A program made the position numbers and the translations under genes. From positions 26,403-90,402 of IMG/VR virus record IMGVR_UViG_3300047476_000792: a stretch of 64,000 nucleotides of DNA; one strand, 5' to 3'. The notes beneath the pieces were generated by a model. The model made no database searches. It saw only the letters and a list, made by a program, of their open reading frames with translations, and had not been told where the DNA came from. The stretch is from a virus. This document shows, piece by piece, positions 39,562-49,798 of this stretch; position 1 is the first letter of the stretch, and each line of letters starts with the position of its first letter.

Positions 39562-40491
39562 ATGGAAACAGTAGACGATATACTAGGATTAGTAAAAGAC
39601 ACAGAAGAAACAAGAATTAAACAAGAGCGTGGTGGATTTACACCAGACCCTCGAATTCTTAAATTTAAGGTTGGTGGAACATATGTTCTACGATTGCTTT
39701 TTAATCTAAAAGCAGAAGGTGGCGATAAGTTATTTGTAACTTACAAATCTATCGGGTTTACTAGCAGAGTAACTGGTAAATATGTGTTTGGGGGACGTGC
39801 GCCTTCGGACGCAGGAATGAAAACCGATCTCTTCAAAGATACGCAATGGGATCATTATTCCAAAGCTGTTGCAAATAATGATGAAGCAGAAAAGAAATGG
39901 TCTTATAAACTATTCCCTCAAGCAAATCAACTTGTTAATGCATATCTTGTAAGTGTTACTGGTGATGACGATGCTAAAAAACTCGAAGGAACCGTAGTGG
40001 TTGTTAAATACGCCGCACAAACTGATAAAGATGGAAATCCTACATCTGATCTTTATAAGAAGATCAAACAAGCAGTTATCGGAGATAAGGCTGCGAAGAT
40101 TGGTAAAAGAGCTTTTCTTCTAGATGAAAAGGGTAAACTTATTACTAACGGTAAAGAACTTATCGTAAAAGTTGTAAAGAATAATGGTGGTTGGGCTGAC
40201 TATTCAGATAGTGAATGGGATGATGCATCAGAAATTAAACTTTCTGCTGAACAGATCAAAACTATTTCTGAGAGTGTTCACGATCTTCGTGAATTCGTCC
40301 CAGAAGTTAAAACTAATGATGAAATCAAGAAATTCCTTGACGATCATTGGTACGGAAAGTCCTCAAATCTTGAGGATGAACTAGAAGACGACGAAAAACC
40401 ATCTAATATCCTGAAAGATGAAGATGATACTGATATCCCTATGGATTCAGGTGAAGACGCTCTAGATAAAATGCTAGCAAGCATTAAATAA
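39562..40491 (+). CDS. gp32: gp32-like single-stranded DNA-binding protein
   Basis: GKELIVKV...GWADYSDS.W, acidic tail ending DALDKMLASIK. Confidence 0.75.
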   Translation: METVDDILGLVKDTEETRIKQERGGFTPDPRILKFKVGGTYVLRLLFNLKAEGGDKLFVTYKSIGFTSRVTGKYVFGGRAPSDAGMKTDLFKDTQWDHYSKAVANNDEAEKKWSYKLFPQANQLVNAYLVSVTGDDDAKKLEGTVVVVKYAAQTDKDGNPTSDLYKKIKQAVIGDKAAKIGKRAFLLDEKGKLITNGKELIVKVVKNNGGWADYSDSEWDDASEIKLSAEQIKTISESVHDLREFVPEVKTNDEIKKFLDDHWYGKSSNLEDELEDDEKPSNILKDEDDTDIPMDSGEDALDKMLASIK

Positions 40492-40532
40492 TATTTGATA
40501 AAAATCGCAAAAGCGGCTAAATATTGCAATAT

Positions 40533-41168
40533 ATGGATGATAACACCGATATTGCAATATTAGCCGCTTCTGTTGAAAGAGAGATGCGCCAAGGTCTGGC
40601 AGGAAGCCAAGGTCTGCGATATAATCGCACAGATTTTAGAAATTTTTTAAATGGGCATCCTAATGTCCAACAGCCACAACCGATGCACCCTGCGCATCAA
40701 TATCATGGGCAGTATAATCATAATTACGGTCCTCCTCCGCAACAATATTATCCGCAACAGGGATTACCGCCCCCACAAGGAGGAGATGATTTGGTTATTC
40801 CTGAGGGAACTTTGAATGGACCTATAAAGCAATACGTCGTTCCTGCGCATTTACAACTCCCAAATCAAGGTGGACCACAAGTAGCACCTATGATGGAACC
40901 CTCTGGAGGATTTGTGATGCCTAATTACAATGCCTCATCTCAAAAAGTGTACCTCGAAGATGAACAAGAATTTCGCGATGCTCTTATTAAAGAAATTAAA
41001 TCACAGAAAAAGTCATTAAATAAGTTGATTAAGACTAATGAGCAACTTATACTAACAGTAGACACTCTCACTGCTAAGATCAAAGAGATGGCCGAAAAGC
41101 TTAAAATAGAATTAGAACCTGAACCCATACCTGAAAATATAATAGATGAAGTTAAAGATAAATCCTAA
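40533..41168 (+). CDS. hypothetical P/Q/Y/G-rich low-complexity protein with C-terminal coiled coil
   Basis: QQPQPMHPAHQYHGQYNHNYGPPPQQYYPQQGLPPPQGG; ATG at 40533 after TTGATA-N17-TAAATA. Confidence 0.65.
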   Translation: MDDNTDIAILAASVEREMRQGLAGSQGLRYNRTDFRNFLNGHPNVQQPQPMHPAHQYHGQYNHNYGPPPQQYYPQQGLPPPQGGDDLVIPEGTLNGPIKQYVVPAHLQLPNQGGPQVAPMMEPSGGFVMPNYNASSQKVYLEDEQEFRDALIKEIKSQKKSLNKLIKTNEQLILTVDTLTAKIKEMAEKLKIELEPEPIPENIIDEVKDKS

Positions 41169-41892
41169 GACGTTTATAACAGAGTTTATAAATCCAGTTG
41201 TTGAAATAAATAAAGAAGGGAGGATGGCGGTATTTTACGATGAAAATCGTAAAGAAATTTATTCTGTATCAGGAACAAAAACAGAATCGATAAGATTGTA
41301 TAATACATATAAATGTTTTGATGTGATTGATCCGTGTAATAGAATTTCGCTGAATGTCTTACGCCTTGTAAAAGGTTTGCAATGTGTTGGCGCTAGCGAG
41401 CAAGTAATAGATTTGGACATAAATAATTCGAATAAATCTTGCTCCTTTACTTCAAAAGATATAAAGTTCAACATTAGGCTTATTGATGATAAAATGGTAA
41501 CAGTGCCAAAGTTTAATGTTGAGGTTTTTAGGAAATTTTCCGTAGATCATACTATCGCAGTAGATGCTGAATCTGTAATTAACATTAAACGTGCATTAGA
41601 TTTCTCATCCGAAACTGAGAAGTTTTATATTGAACAAGAGGGAACCGATGTTTACCTATTCTTCGGAGATAAGAGTACTACTTCTAATCACACGGACTCT
41701 ATTAGGGTTTTAATCTCTGAGGGTATCAGCAATAATATCCCATCTCATATTTATGATATAGATATTCTTAAATTGATTCTGAAAACAAAAAACGATTTTT
41801 CTATAAACTTAAACAATAATGGTATTATGTTTATAGAGATACAAAATAATAACTCAAACTTAGCATACATAACAACTCCACTTAAAAAATAA
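41146..41892 (+). CDS. gp45: sliding clamp (gp45/PCNA-like)
   Basis: 248 aa two-domain beta-rich pattern, C-terminal YITTPL, replication-module context. Confidence 0.6.
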   Translation: MKLKINPKTFITEFINPVVEINKEGRMAVFYDENRKEIYSVSGTKTESIRLYNTYKCFDVIDPCNRISLNVLRLVKGLQCVGASEQVIDLDINNSNKSCSFTSKDIKFNIRLIDDKMVTVPKFNVEVFRKFSVDHTIAVDAESVINIKRALDFSSETEKFYIEQEGTDVYLFFGDKSTTSNHTDSIRVLISEGISNNIPSHIYDIDILKLILKTKNDFSINLNNNGIMFIEIQNNNSNLAYITTPLKK

Positions 41893-42194
41893 TGGAATAT
41901 ATAGACTACCAAACATTTGCCAGTAGAATGAAATCTAACGGGCATACTGTACATAAGATGGACATCAGTTATCCCCTAGCAGATACCAGATGTTGGACAG
42001 CACAGATTAACCCAGGAACAGATAATATCTTAATAACATTAAATGTTAATAGATATCAGGTCGGAAATCAATATTTCGATATTCTCTCTGATACAAAAAA
42101 CATAACCGATGTGTATATAGATGATATTTACGATACTGTAAATCTTCTCGTAAGAGAACCTTTAGAAACAACATACTTCAGCGACAATGTCTAA
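41892..42194 (+). CDS. hypothetical protein (paralog of the next gene)
   Basis: RMKSNGHTVHKMDISY...DTRCWTAQINPG. Confidence 0.65.
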   Translation: MEYIDYQTFASRMKSNGHTVHKMDISYPLADTRCWTAQINPGTDNILITLNVNRYQVGNQYFDILSDTKNITDVYIDDIYDTVNLLVREPLETTYFSDNV

Positions 42195-42507
42195 TAAAAT
42201 AACTTCAAAATCATACTGTATTAAACGTCTCCGTGATTGCGGATACTATGTGGATAAAATCGACTCAATTGAGTACTCCGAAGATGATTCACGTAAGTGG
42301 ACTGCTATTATTGATCCAGGTGGCATGTCTATTTTCCTTACATGCAACAAGGACGAAACTATCAGTCTCTATGACGGAGGCAGATACATAAACACCAAAG
42401 AAAAATTGAATACCGATAGCGTGGAAGTTCTGATAGATTTTCTAAACGAAAGAGGTTTGATTTATAAACATTATCTCTACGGAAAACCAAGGAATATTCC
42501 AGCATAG
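42187..42507 (+). CDS. hypothetical protein (paralog of the previous gene)
   Basis: RLRDCGYYVDKIDSIEY..DSRKWTAIIDPG. Confidence 0.7.
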   Translation: MSNKITSKSYCIKRLRDCGYYVDKIDSIEYSEDDSRKWTAIIDPGGMSIFLTCNKDETISLYDGGRYINTKEKLNTDSVEVLIDFLNERGLIYKHYLYGKPRNIPA

Positions 42508-42515
42508 TATAAATA
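42508..42515 (+). promoter_or_regulatory. T4-type late promoter TATAAATA
   Basis: Exact gp55 consensus 5 nt before the ATG at 42521. Confidence 0.7.
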
Positions 42516-42520
42516 CTTAT

Positions 42521-42859
42521 ATGGAAGAAAATTCTATGCCGTCCGATTCGGATAATAAAGAAATTGATAAGTTACGAAAAGTAACAGGTAAGTTAAACCC
42601 TAAAATTCGACGCAAAGGTAAGAATAAAACAGTAACAGAACAAGTAAAACTGAGCACTGCCATTGCTAATAGATTATCGGAATATTGTGATTGTTATATG
42701 TTGTTCGGGTTCGATACAAATGGTAATCCTATTCTCCTAATCAATTCAGCAAACAATCTTGAATATAGAGCATTATCAGATCTTTTAATGGAATTCGTCA
42801 ATGAGTCTATTTTAATAGATACGCCCGATCCATTCGGAGAAGATGAAGATTTAGAATAA
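42521..42859 (+). CDS. hypothetical protein
   Basis: 112 aa ORF after a late promoter. Confidence 0.65.
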   Translation: MEENSMPSDSDNKEIDKLRKVTGKLNPKIRRKGKNKTVTEQVKLSTAIANRLSEYCDCYMLFGFDTNGNPILLINSANNLEYRALSDLLMEFVNESILIDTPDPFGEDEDLE

Positions 42860-42860
42860 T

Positions 42861-42890
42861 AAAAAACCCCAGCATATGCTGGGGTTTTTT
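42861..42890. terminator. intrinsic terminator
   Basis: Perfect palindrome AAAAAACCCCAGCATATGCTGGGGTTTTTT. Confidence 0.9.
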
Positions 42891-42903
42891 GTAAGTATCG
42901 TAT

Positions 42904-43674
42904 ATGTCATTCTCTAATTTAAATAAAGTTTGGACTCCTGATACACTTTCTTTATATCTATCTAAAATAAAAGCACCCGAATGGGCAACAAAAATATGTA
43001 TACATCACACTGCAAGCCCATCACTGGCACAACGTCCTAAGGGATTTACTATGCAGCACATAGAGAATATTAAAAGTTTTTATGAGAATGATCTGAAATG
43101 GAATAGGGGACCGCATCTATTTGTTGATGAAGATCAATTATTCGGTATGACACCATTTACAGAAAAAGGCATTCATGCACCATCCTTCAACTCAAATGCT
43201 ATAGGTATTGAAGTTTTAGGTGATTATGACTCCGAAGATCCTAAAAGCGGTAGAGGTTTGCAATGCTGGGAAAATACAGCGGCATCTGTTCGAGTATTAA
43301 TAAAATGGTTAAATATTCCTATAAATGACGAAACTATTGTATTCCATAGGGAATGTGCAGTGACAAAACGAACAACAAAAAAATCATGTCCAGGAACAAA
43401 AATCTCCAAAGACTGGTTCTTATCTCTAGTCAATAAATCAACCAATATAGATATTAAACAATCAGTTGTTAAAGATGATAAAGTCTTCGTACCTGTTGTG
43501 AAATATCTAACAGAAGAAAAACAAGTTCCTTATAAAGAGGCAATTACAAAACTTAAAAAATCTGGTAATGTATTTTTATATGACGGACATTTACTAGAGT
43601 TTGCGCATTTTGATACTGTAACACAGTCAACAGTAGCACCTAAATCTGAAATAGACGACATATTCACTTGCTAG
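42904..43674 (+). CDS. N-acetylmuramoyl-L-alanine amidase (Amidase_2), putative endolysin
   Basis: ICIHHTA, GPHLFVD, GIHAPSFN..AIGIEVLG, FHRE...KSCPG. Confidence 0.85.
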   Translation: MSFSNLNKVWTPDTLSLYLSKIKAPEWATKICIHHTASPSLAQRPKGFTMQHIENIKSFYENDLKWNRGPHLFVDEDQLFGMTPFTEKGIHAPSFNSNAIGIEVLGDYDSEDPKSGRGLQCWENTAASVRVLIKWLNIPINDETIVFHRECAVTKRTTKKSCPGTKISKDWFLSLVNKSTNIDIKQSVVKDDKVFVPVVKYLTEEKQVPYKEAITKLKKSGNVFLYDGHLLEFAHFDTVTQSTVAPKSEIDDIFTC

Positions 43675-43687
43675 TAATTCATCTGCT

Positions 43688-45724
43688 CTAGGCTATATTC
43701 CCTATTTGTTCTTTAAGTTTGGACAAATCTGCTAATGCTGCTTGAATTTCTTTATACTTAGATTCCAATTCCGTCTCTAATTGTTGCATTTTCTGTTTCA
43801 AGGACTCATCTGTATAATTCGATGTCCTCACACCTTCTCCAGAAGGACGAGTATCATCCACAGAACTTGCATCAGCCCAATCAGTTTTATTGATTGCCAT
43901 TTGTTCAGAAGTTCCGCCGAACTTTTCAACGACTGTTAGTTCTGTTTTAGAGTTTTTTACAGGGAGAGCCATAACTGGCATTGCCCAATTGTTTCTTGAT
44001 CCTACGGCACGGATAACATCATGCGGATTTGCACTAGTAGAGCCTCCGATAGATCCAGACTGCGAAGTTAGTTTAGTATCAGATTCGACTAATTTACTAG
44101 CAATAGCTTTGAAAGGATGAACATGTGGATCAACAACAGCAAAATTTGGAGAATTTTCAGAATAAACATCCAAGCATAATGGATTTCCTTGTGAATCACG
44201 TCCAACAGCTTTACCCAAATATGCACCAGCTAATAAAGTCGCATATGTAGGAATTTTTGGAGGAGTCGTAGTCGGACTAGGTTCCATAATATTACTAATT
44301 CCATTGATTCCATATGAGCACAACTCTGGATCAGGATTTGGTAACTTCTGTGGTTCTTGTGCCATTCCCCAAGAAAAATTGGTCTCGGTTATATGATATT
44401 CACAAGGGGCCGTAATATGATGCACCGATAACTCCCCTTCGATATGAGCACCACCTCGTATTATTGCATTAAGTCCAACATTTAAATTACCGTCTACTAA
44501 AACCTGTTGCTCTTCTTCAGTTTTTCCGCCAGTATCCAAGTCTCTGGCTACTTTTTTAGGACGTAGTGATATGACTTCGCCAGATATATCAACTCTCTCA
44601 CCACCTATAGAAGTTTCACCCCGAGAATTTATAGTTACTTGCTCACCTAGAAGATTTACGATTGTTCCATATATATTCAATGGACCCGTCGTCTTAAAAT
44701 TTATTCCATTTGAACCTACTGTAACATTCCAGCCATCACAGATATTCAATTCATAAGATCCTCCTGGAAACTTCTCAACATCAACATTTTCGATAAGAGA
44801 AGATTCTCTATATTGTGTATAAATGGTTGTTCCTAATGGGTCTATTTTAACTCCGTATGGAACTAATTTACCCTTGGGGTCTTTTCTAAATGATTCAAAA
44901 TCATTAAACACAAGACCTATATTATCTATAAAATTCTTTGCGATTGTTCTTATATGCGATCCACCCTCAGGATGCTTATTTTGTCCTAATTGTTTCTCAT
45001 ATTCATAGATAGTTTTTTGTATTTGCTCTCTCTTCTGAACTATTTGATCTTTTGTTATTTCCCTGACAAAATTACCGTCTTGTGATGAAGGACTTAGTAG
45101 CTTACCCCAGCAAGTAAGGCACGTCTTACCCGCACTACCTACAGTTTTATAAGAGTCTTTACCATCTGTTATTTCGACAACAGTGCCGCTGTTTTTCTTT
45201 ATCTTTTTTACTTTCGATGTACTTGTAGAAATAATTACTTTCGAAGATATACCATCATACCTTTTATTCGTTCCCGATTTTACTTGGTCTGGTGCTTGAT
45301 CTATAGAATTGTATCTATTCGTTCTTCGAACTTCGAATTTTCGTTTAATATCATGCAATTCTCTCTGGGATTTTTTAATATCTTCCATAGGCTTTTGCCA
45401 TTTATCAATATCTCCGACCTTTTCGATTATATCTCCTAATGTGATTTCTTCTTTATTTTCGTCAATTATTTCTAGATGAGTTCCGCCTATATTCAAAAGA
45501 GAATCACCCATGATATTCTCCCTTTTATCACGGGTGATTAAGATATCCTGTCCATTTTTATCGAACTTTTCAAAGGTTCCGTTTTTATGAGTGATAGTTA
45601 CACTCTCTTGATCTTTGGTATTAATAAACTCTATATTTCCCGCTGGTTGATTGAGAACGACTTTATCTTTGAATATTTCATCATTATTTTCGTTGTCGTT
45701 ATTATATTTTCCTGGATAATTCAT
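43688..45724 (-). CDS. gp5/VgrG-like spike C-terminal part (beta-helix)
   Basis: VTITHKNGTF, repeated V/I-G beta-strand units, VDGNLNV...GGAHIEGEL, HVH; follows the gp5 OB-fold gene. Confidence 0.6.
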   Translation of the reverse strand: MNYPGKYNNDNENNDEIFKDKVVLNQPAGNIEFINTKDQESVTITHKNGTFEKFDKNGQDILITRDKRENIMGDSLLNIGGTHLEIIDENKEEITLGDIIEKVGDIDKWQKPMEDIKKSQRELHDIKRKFEVRRTNRYNSIDQAPDQVKSGTNKRYDGISSKVIISTSTSKVKKIKKNSGTVVEITDGKDSYKTVGSAGKTCLTCWGKLLSPSSQDGNFVREITKDQIVQKREQIQKTIYEYEKQLGQNKHPEGGSHIRTIAKNFIDNIGLVFNDFESFRKDPKGKLVPYGVKIDPLGTTIYTQYRESSLIENVDVEKFPGGSYELNICDGWNVTVGSNGINFKTTGPLNIYGTIVNLLGEQVTINSRGETSIGGERVDISGEVISLRPKKVARDLDTGGKTEEEQQVLVDGNLNVGLNAIIRGGAHIEGELSVHHITAPCEYHITETNFSWGMAQEPQKLPNPDPELCSYGINGISNIMEPSPTTTPPKIPTYATLLAGAYLGKAVGRDSQGNPLCLDVYSENSPNFAVVDPHVHPFKAIASKLVESDTKLTSQSGSIGGSTSANPHDVIRAVGSRNNWAMPVMALPVKNSKTELTVVEKFGGTSEQMAINKTDWADASSVDDTRPSGEGVRTSNYTDESLKQKMQQLETELESKYKEIQAALADLSKLKEQIGNIA

Positions 45725-45740
45725 ATATAATATTTAGATG

Positions 45741-47189
45741 TTACTTCAGCTCGAATATACCTTTATAATCAGCACGGGACGCAAAAGTTCCTATGATAAT
45801 AGGATATAACGGATCTCCATTTTCGAACCGAACCCACACATGTGAACCTACACCAGGAATAGATATTATTCCCTTCCAATCATTGTTGTAATCAGGCGCT
45901 CTGGCTGGTCCTCTATATATTTGTGTTGCATTAGTTTGAATGTTAGAACCTTTGGTATTATTAGGATCGTTTAAGGATTTTCGGCCATGGTTGGTCGTAT
46001 ACTTAGATTGATTGTTTGCTCCACCGATATGACTATTTCTGCGCTGTTGCTCATCTAGTAGACCTGTTGTGACATTGTTATATATCTCACCTCCACCTCC
46101 TCCCCTAGAAAGCATAGTACTCCCCCTAGACATAGGCGCTCTTGGCATAATAATTCCCCCTATGATACTGGTAACTATAGGAACTAATGCTAATATCTTT
46201 GAGATGTCGAAATTATTATTCTTCCCTTTTATTTTTACATAGTTGATATTACTTATAGGAACCACTACTCTCACATTGTCAGACTTATATGTTATACTAG
46301 TTTCATCGCTGGTTTCTAATTTAAATTTCTTATTCAAGGTATCTTTGCCATTTATAAGTATGTTAACAGGGAAAGATTCTAACGAACCAGAAACAGATGT
46401 ATTAGAATTCTCAAATAAAATAGGTGGAGAGTAAGATAGTTTGTCAGACGATAGTGTTGGCTCCTCACATGTATTATATAAAGGGCTTGTGTTATTTACG
46501 AGAACGTCATTTATTAGAATATTTGGTGAAGTAACGTCGATTTGGATACTCTCTATAGTATTGTTCGTTTCATTCGTATCATCTATAATTTCTAAAGAAG
46601 ATAGAGGCTTGACATCATAAACACTAGGTAATGAATTTTTAAGATTTGTTAAACATGTATTTCCGTATGAATTGGCCCAGAATGCAGGAATATTAGTATT
46701 TCCGTCACATCCTGTATTAAAACAGAATTTTCTACCCCCTACCTTAAAATTTAGTAAAATAGAGGTTCTAGGAGGAACAGAAATACTATTAAATGTTATA
46801 GGTTGATCCCTTCGTTTTTCAGCATCCGATTCATCTTTTTTGAAAAATGATACTGTTTTGTTATCGCCTTGGAATATGAAATCAGAATCATTTCCTATAT
46901 AATATACATCGGAAGATGCATGATAAAATCCAGGTGCAGACATACCTATAGAAGGAAGCATAACTTCTGCCCAAAACAATTTATCTTTCTGATTTTGTAA
47001 TATATCTACGGTCAAGGACGATTTTGTATTCTGTCCCATAACCTTAAACATCTTATCTTCTTCTCTTTTCTGGTTCCAATTCTTTAATTGTTGAAGATTT
47101 ATTCCTGGCACAAACACTTTGACCCGTCCTTCTTGCTTTGGGTCATTATTTTGAATAACTATCCCTCTATATGTTTCGGTATATTTCAT
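45741..47189 (-). CDS. gp5: gp5 N-terminal OB-fold baseplate protein with large insertion
   Basis: YRGIVIQNNDP..EGRVKVFVP, WAEV, and at the C-terminus IPGVGSHVWVRFENGDPLYPIIIG. Confidence 0.75.
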   Translation of the reverse strand: MKYTETYRGIVIQNNDPKQEGRVKVFVPGINLQQLKNWNQKREEDKMFKVMGQNTKSSLTVDILQNQKDKLFWAEVMLPSIGMSAPGFYHASSDVYYIGNDSDFIFQGDNKTVSFFKKDESDAEKRRDQPITFNSISVPPRTSILLNFKVGGRKFCFNTGCDGNTNIPAFWANSYGNTCLTNLKNSLPSVYDVKPLSSLEIIDDTNETNNTIESIQIDVTSPNILINDVLVNNTSPLYNTCEEPTLSSDKLSYSPPILFENSNTSVSGSLESFPVNILINGKDTLNKKFKLETSDETSITYKSDNVRVVVPISNINYVKIKGKNNNFDISKILALVPIVTSIIGGIIMPRAPMSRGSTMLSRGGGGGEIYNNVTTGLLDEQQRRNSHIGGANNQSKYTTNHGRKSLNDPNNTKGSNIQTNATQIYRGPARAPDYNNDWKGIISIPGVGSHVWVRFENGDPLYPIIIGTFASRADYKGIFELK

Positions 47190-47192
47190 ATA

Positions 47193-48233
47193 TTATTGTT
47201 TTTCCTTTTTATATTCTACTTTAGATCCGACGATTTTATCGTTAGTAGGATCGTTGATATCATTTGTAGTTTCTCCATCTAATAATGGGCGACCTGATTG
47301 ATCGACGATATATGTTATCGGTTCACCATTTGGTCCTTCATTCATAGATATTTGAAACCCTTCCACCTCATACCTTGCCAACTCTTTAATGCAAAAGAAT
47401 TTGTTGATGAGCCTCAGGGCATCTTGTGCAAGATTTATCACCGCTGCTGTACATGGTGCTACAGCATTGCGTTTTCTTTGTGCATTATGAACATCCATCG
47501 TAAAATTATGTCCATGAGATATAGGCGTTTCTGATGAATAATTAGGATGTAATTTACTCATAGTATTATCAGTAGGAAGTGCTCTAACGAATAAACTATT
47601 TGTCAAATTCTGCGCACCATCCATTAGTGCAAACATTTCAGGAAACATTTTAAGGAATATATTTTTATTCATCCTGCTATTAGTAGTTAGACAGTTTACA
47701 CCATCATTCCCCATCCATTTCATCGGATCGATTTCGGTAGATTGCATCACAATACTGGAATATTGTCCAATATCTTCGCTAACTTGTTGATAATATGGAA
47801 ATGTTCCTATGTGCATTTGGATATACATGTTTATTGCAGGATGTATTTTTTGGGAACGATTTATGAACTCCCGTAGAAGAGGTGTAGGCATTATTGCAAA
47901 TGTTCTAGGATCTTGTTTATTAACAGAGGATTTAGGTAATAGAGATATTGCTTGGGTTATACTACACGCCGAAGTCCCCTTCTGTATTGCGAGATTTTTC
48001 AACCCACTAGAATTTGTTGCAGATGCAAGAAATGCGGTAAAATCGGTTAATTGCTGAGAACTTCCGTTCCAAGGACCGTGAAATTCTGATATAAGTTGAA
48101 CTATCCTATCCAAAGGCTTATCAGACGTTTCTAATGAACCGTATAGTTCATCAAAAATTGTTCCTGATTTACGTTTTCCTGTTGGACTTGATTTTAGGGA
48201 TTTATGAAAATCCTCTGTTACGACTTCTGGCAT
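47193..48233 (-). CDS. hypothetical (baseplate module) protein
   Basis: 346 aa ORF preceded by GTAAATA. Confidence 0.6.
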   Translation of the reverse strand: MPEVVTEDFHKSLKSSPTGKRKSGTIFDELYGSLETSDKPLDRIVQLISEFHGPWNGSSQQLTDFTAFLASATNSSGLKNLAIQKGTSACSITQAISLLPKSSVNKQDPRTFAIMPTPLLREFINRSQKIHPAINMYIQMHIGTFPYYQQVSEDIGQYSSIVMQSTEIDPMKWMGNDGVNCLTTNSRMNKNIFLKMFPEMFALMDGAQNLTNSLFVRALPTDNTMSKLHPNYSSETPISHGHNFTMDVHNAQRKRNAVAPCTAAVINLAQDALRLINKFFCIKELARYEVEGFQISMNEGPNGEPITYIVDQSGRPLLDGETTNDINDPTNDKIVGSKVEYKKEKQ

Positions 48234-48239
48234 ATATGG

Positions 48240-49790
48240 TTATTTACTGCTAATTATATCCACGTCACTTGGTTCAAATGTGGTCATCTCTTTATAGGTA
48301 TGAGTTTTTATTCCTGTAATTTGTGTTTGATATGTCTTTGTAGTATTATTAAAATGATGTATTATATTCGTAACAAAGTATTGACCTTCTAACTTTGAGT
48401 CGTATTCTTTATCATTTCCAGTTAGCTTGGATAATCCGAAAAATCTTCCAGGTTGTCTGATAGTTAAACCTTGTATAGTAAATGCAATACCCAGATTTGA
48501 AAATAGATAATATTTTAATAGGCGATTTCTTCCATCAGCTAACCGACCTAAATCATCACTTCGCAAGGAATAAACAGTTCTCGTATTTAATCCGTCCCTA
48601 ATATATGGTGTTAGATTAAGCCGATCTTGTGTATTATTAGTCAATATATTTTTGGATATACTATTATTGTAAAACTTTCTATATTCCTCTGCTTTATGAG
48701 TCATTCCCTCTTCATTAAATTGGCCACCAGATGAATTATAAGACACTACTCGATAATTAGCCAGATTTTGAGAATATGTCAGTCCACTCATATCAATTAG
48801 TTGATATTCTTTGATGGTGTTGTATTGATCGGCCTTAACTTCTAATATAGGACTATCATTGATCGGTGCTTTTTTAATATAAGGACTTTGATTATTCTCT
48901 GAATGTTCCTCTATAAAGAAATGCTCTATTTGAAAGTCTTTTGCCGTATCCTTTCCGGCCTTTTCGAAGTATTTCTTAATTGATTTTAACGAAAACTGTT
49001 TAGGTTTCATTTTTTCCTGTGATCTCTCAAGTTTGAAAATACATGGTTGATAATCATTCTCTTCCGATGATGTCGTATAGTTTAAAAGATATTCTAGATC
49101 ATCTATAAACTTAGCATGAACGGGCGACGAATAAAATATCATATTATCGTCACTACCCGCGTCCCATTCTGCAATTTTCCCTACATTTTTAGTATATTTT
49201 GTAAATTCAGGGGCTGATTTTAGAAGCTCTCCCACAGAATCACCAGTTTTTAAACTTTTTTCAGAATTATCTAACTGACTTAGATTTCCCTTTCCTTTAT
49301 TTTTACCAGTGTTTGCAGTTGAAAACTCCGAATCCCGTTCAATCATTAATTGATATACCTTCTCCCAGAAGAAAACCTTTTTCATTTTATTAGAAAAGTC
49401 TGCACCTGATAAATCTTCGGTATCATATATAACACCTTCAAATTCGATCAACCATTTACTATCTTCAAATAGTATATCATCAACCAATCCAGGAACAGAA
49501 GATGTTTTAGGTTTTATACTTATGAAAATAGTGTCCCTGCCGTCATTTCGGAATTTATATATATCGTTCTCTTTTTTGTTTAATGAGGTATCACTATCCC
49601 GCTCGAAAGATTCATAGGGAGTCTTTATAACTAAACTACCCTTGATTTTCCAATCAAAAATATCTTCCTCAATTACTAAATCTTCCCATGATTCGTTTGT
49701 GAGATATACGTTATTGTAACCATTATATATCCTAACAGTCATTTCATAATCCTGTTGATTAAAATTATATTGATTATCTTGTTCGTTCAC
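48240..49790 (-). CDS. baseplate hub protein (gp27-like)
   Basis: C-terminal G.T.RQPG.F...KLEGQYFVTNIIHHF; position between gp53 and gp5. Confidence 0.6.
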   Translation of the reverse strand: MNEQDNQYNFNQQDYEMTVRIYNGYNNVYLTNESWEDLVIEEDIFDWKIKGSLVIKTPYESFERDSDTSLNKKENDIYKFRNDGRDTIFISIKPKTSSVPGLVDDILFEDSKWLIEFEGVIYDTEDLSGADFSNKMKKVFFWEKVYQLMIERDSEFSTANTGKNKGKGNLSQLDNSEKSLKTGDSVGELLKSAPEFTKYTKNVGKIAEWDAGSDDNMIFYSSPVHAKFIDDLEYLLNYTTSSEENDYQPCIFKLERSQEKMKPKQFSLKSIKKYFEKAGKDTAKDFQIEHFFIEEHSENNQSPYIKKAPINDSPILEVKADQYNTIKEYQLIDMSGLTYSQNLANYRVVSYNSSGGQFNEEGMTHKAEEYRKFYNNSISKNILTNNTQDRLNLTPYIRDGLNTRTVYSLRSDDLGRLADGRNRLLKYYLFSNLGIAFTIQGLTIRQPGRFFGLSKLTGNDKEYDSKLEGQYFVTNIIHHFNNTTKTYQTQITGIKTHTYKEMTTFEPSDVDIISSK

Positions 49791-49798
49791 CCTTATAT

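Noticed and set aside
43688-47189. Programmed frameshift or read-through joining the two gp5 parts
   Set aside because: There is a clean stop, a 16-nt spacer with its own CTAAATA box and a new ATG, so these are two separate genes
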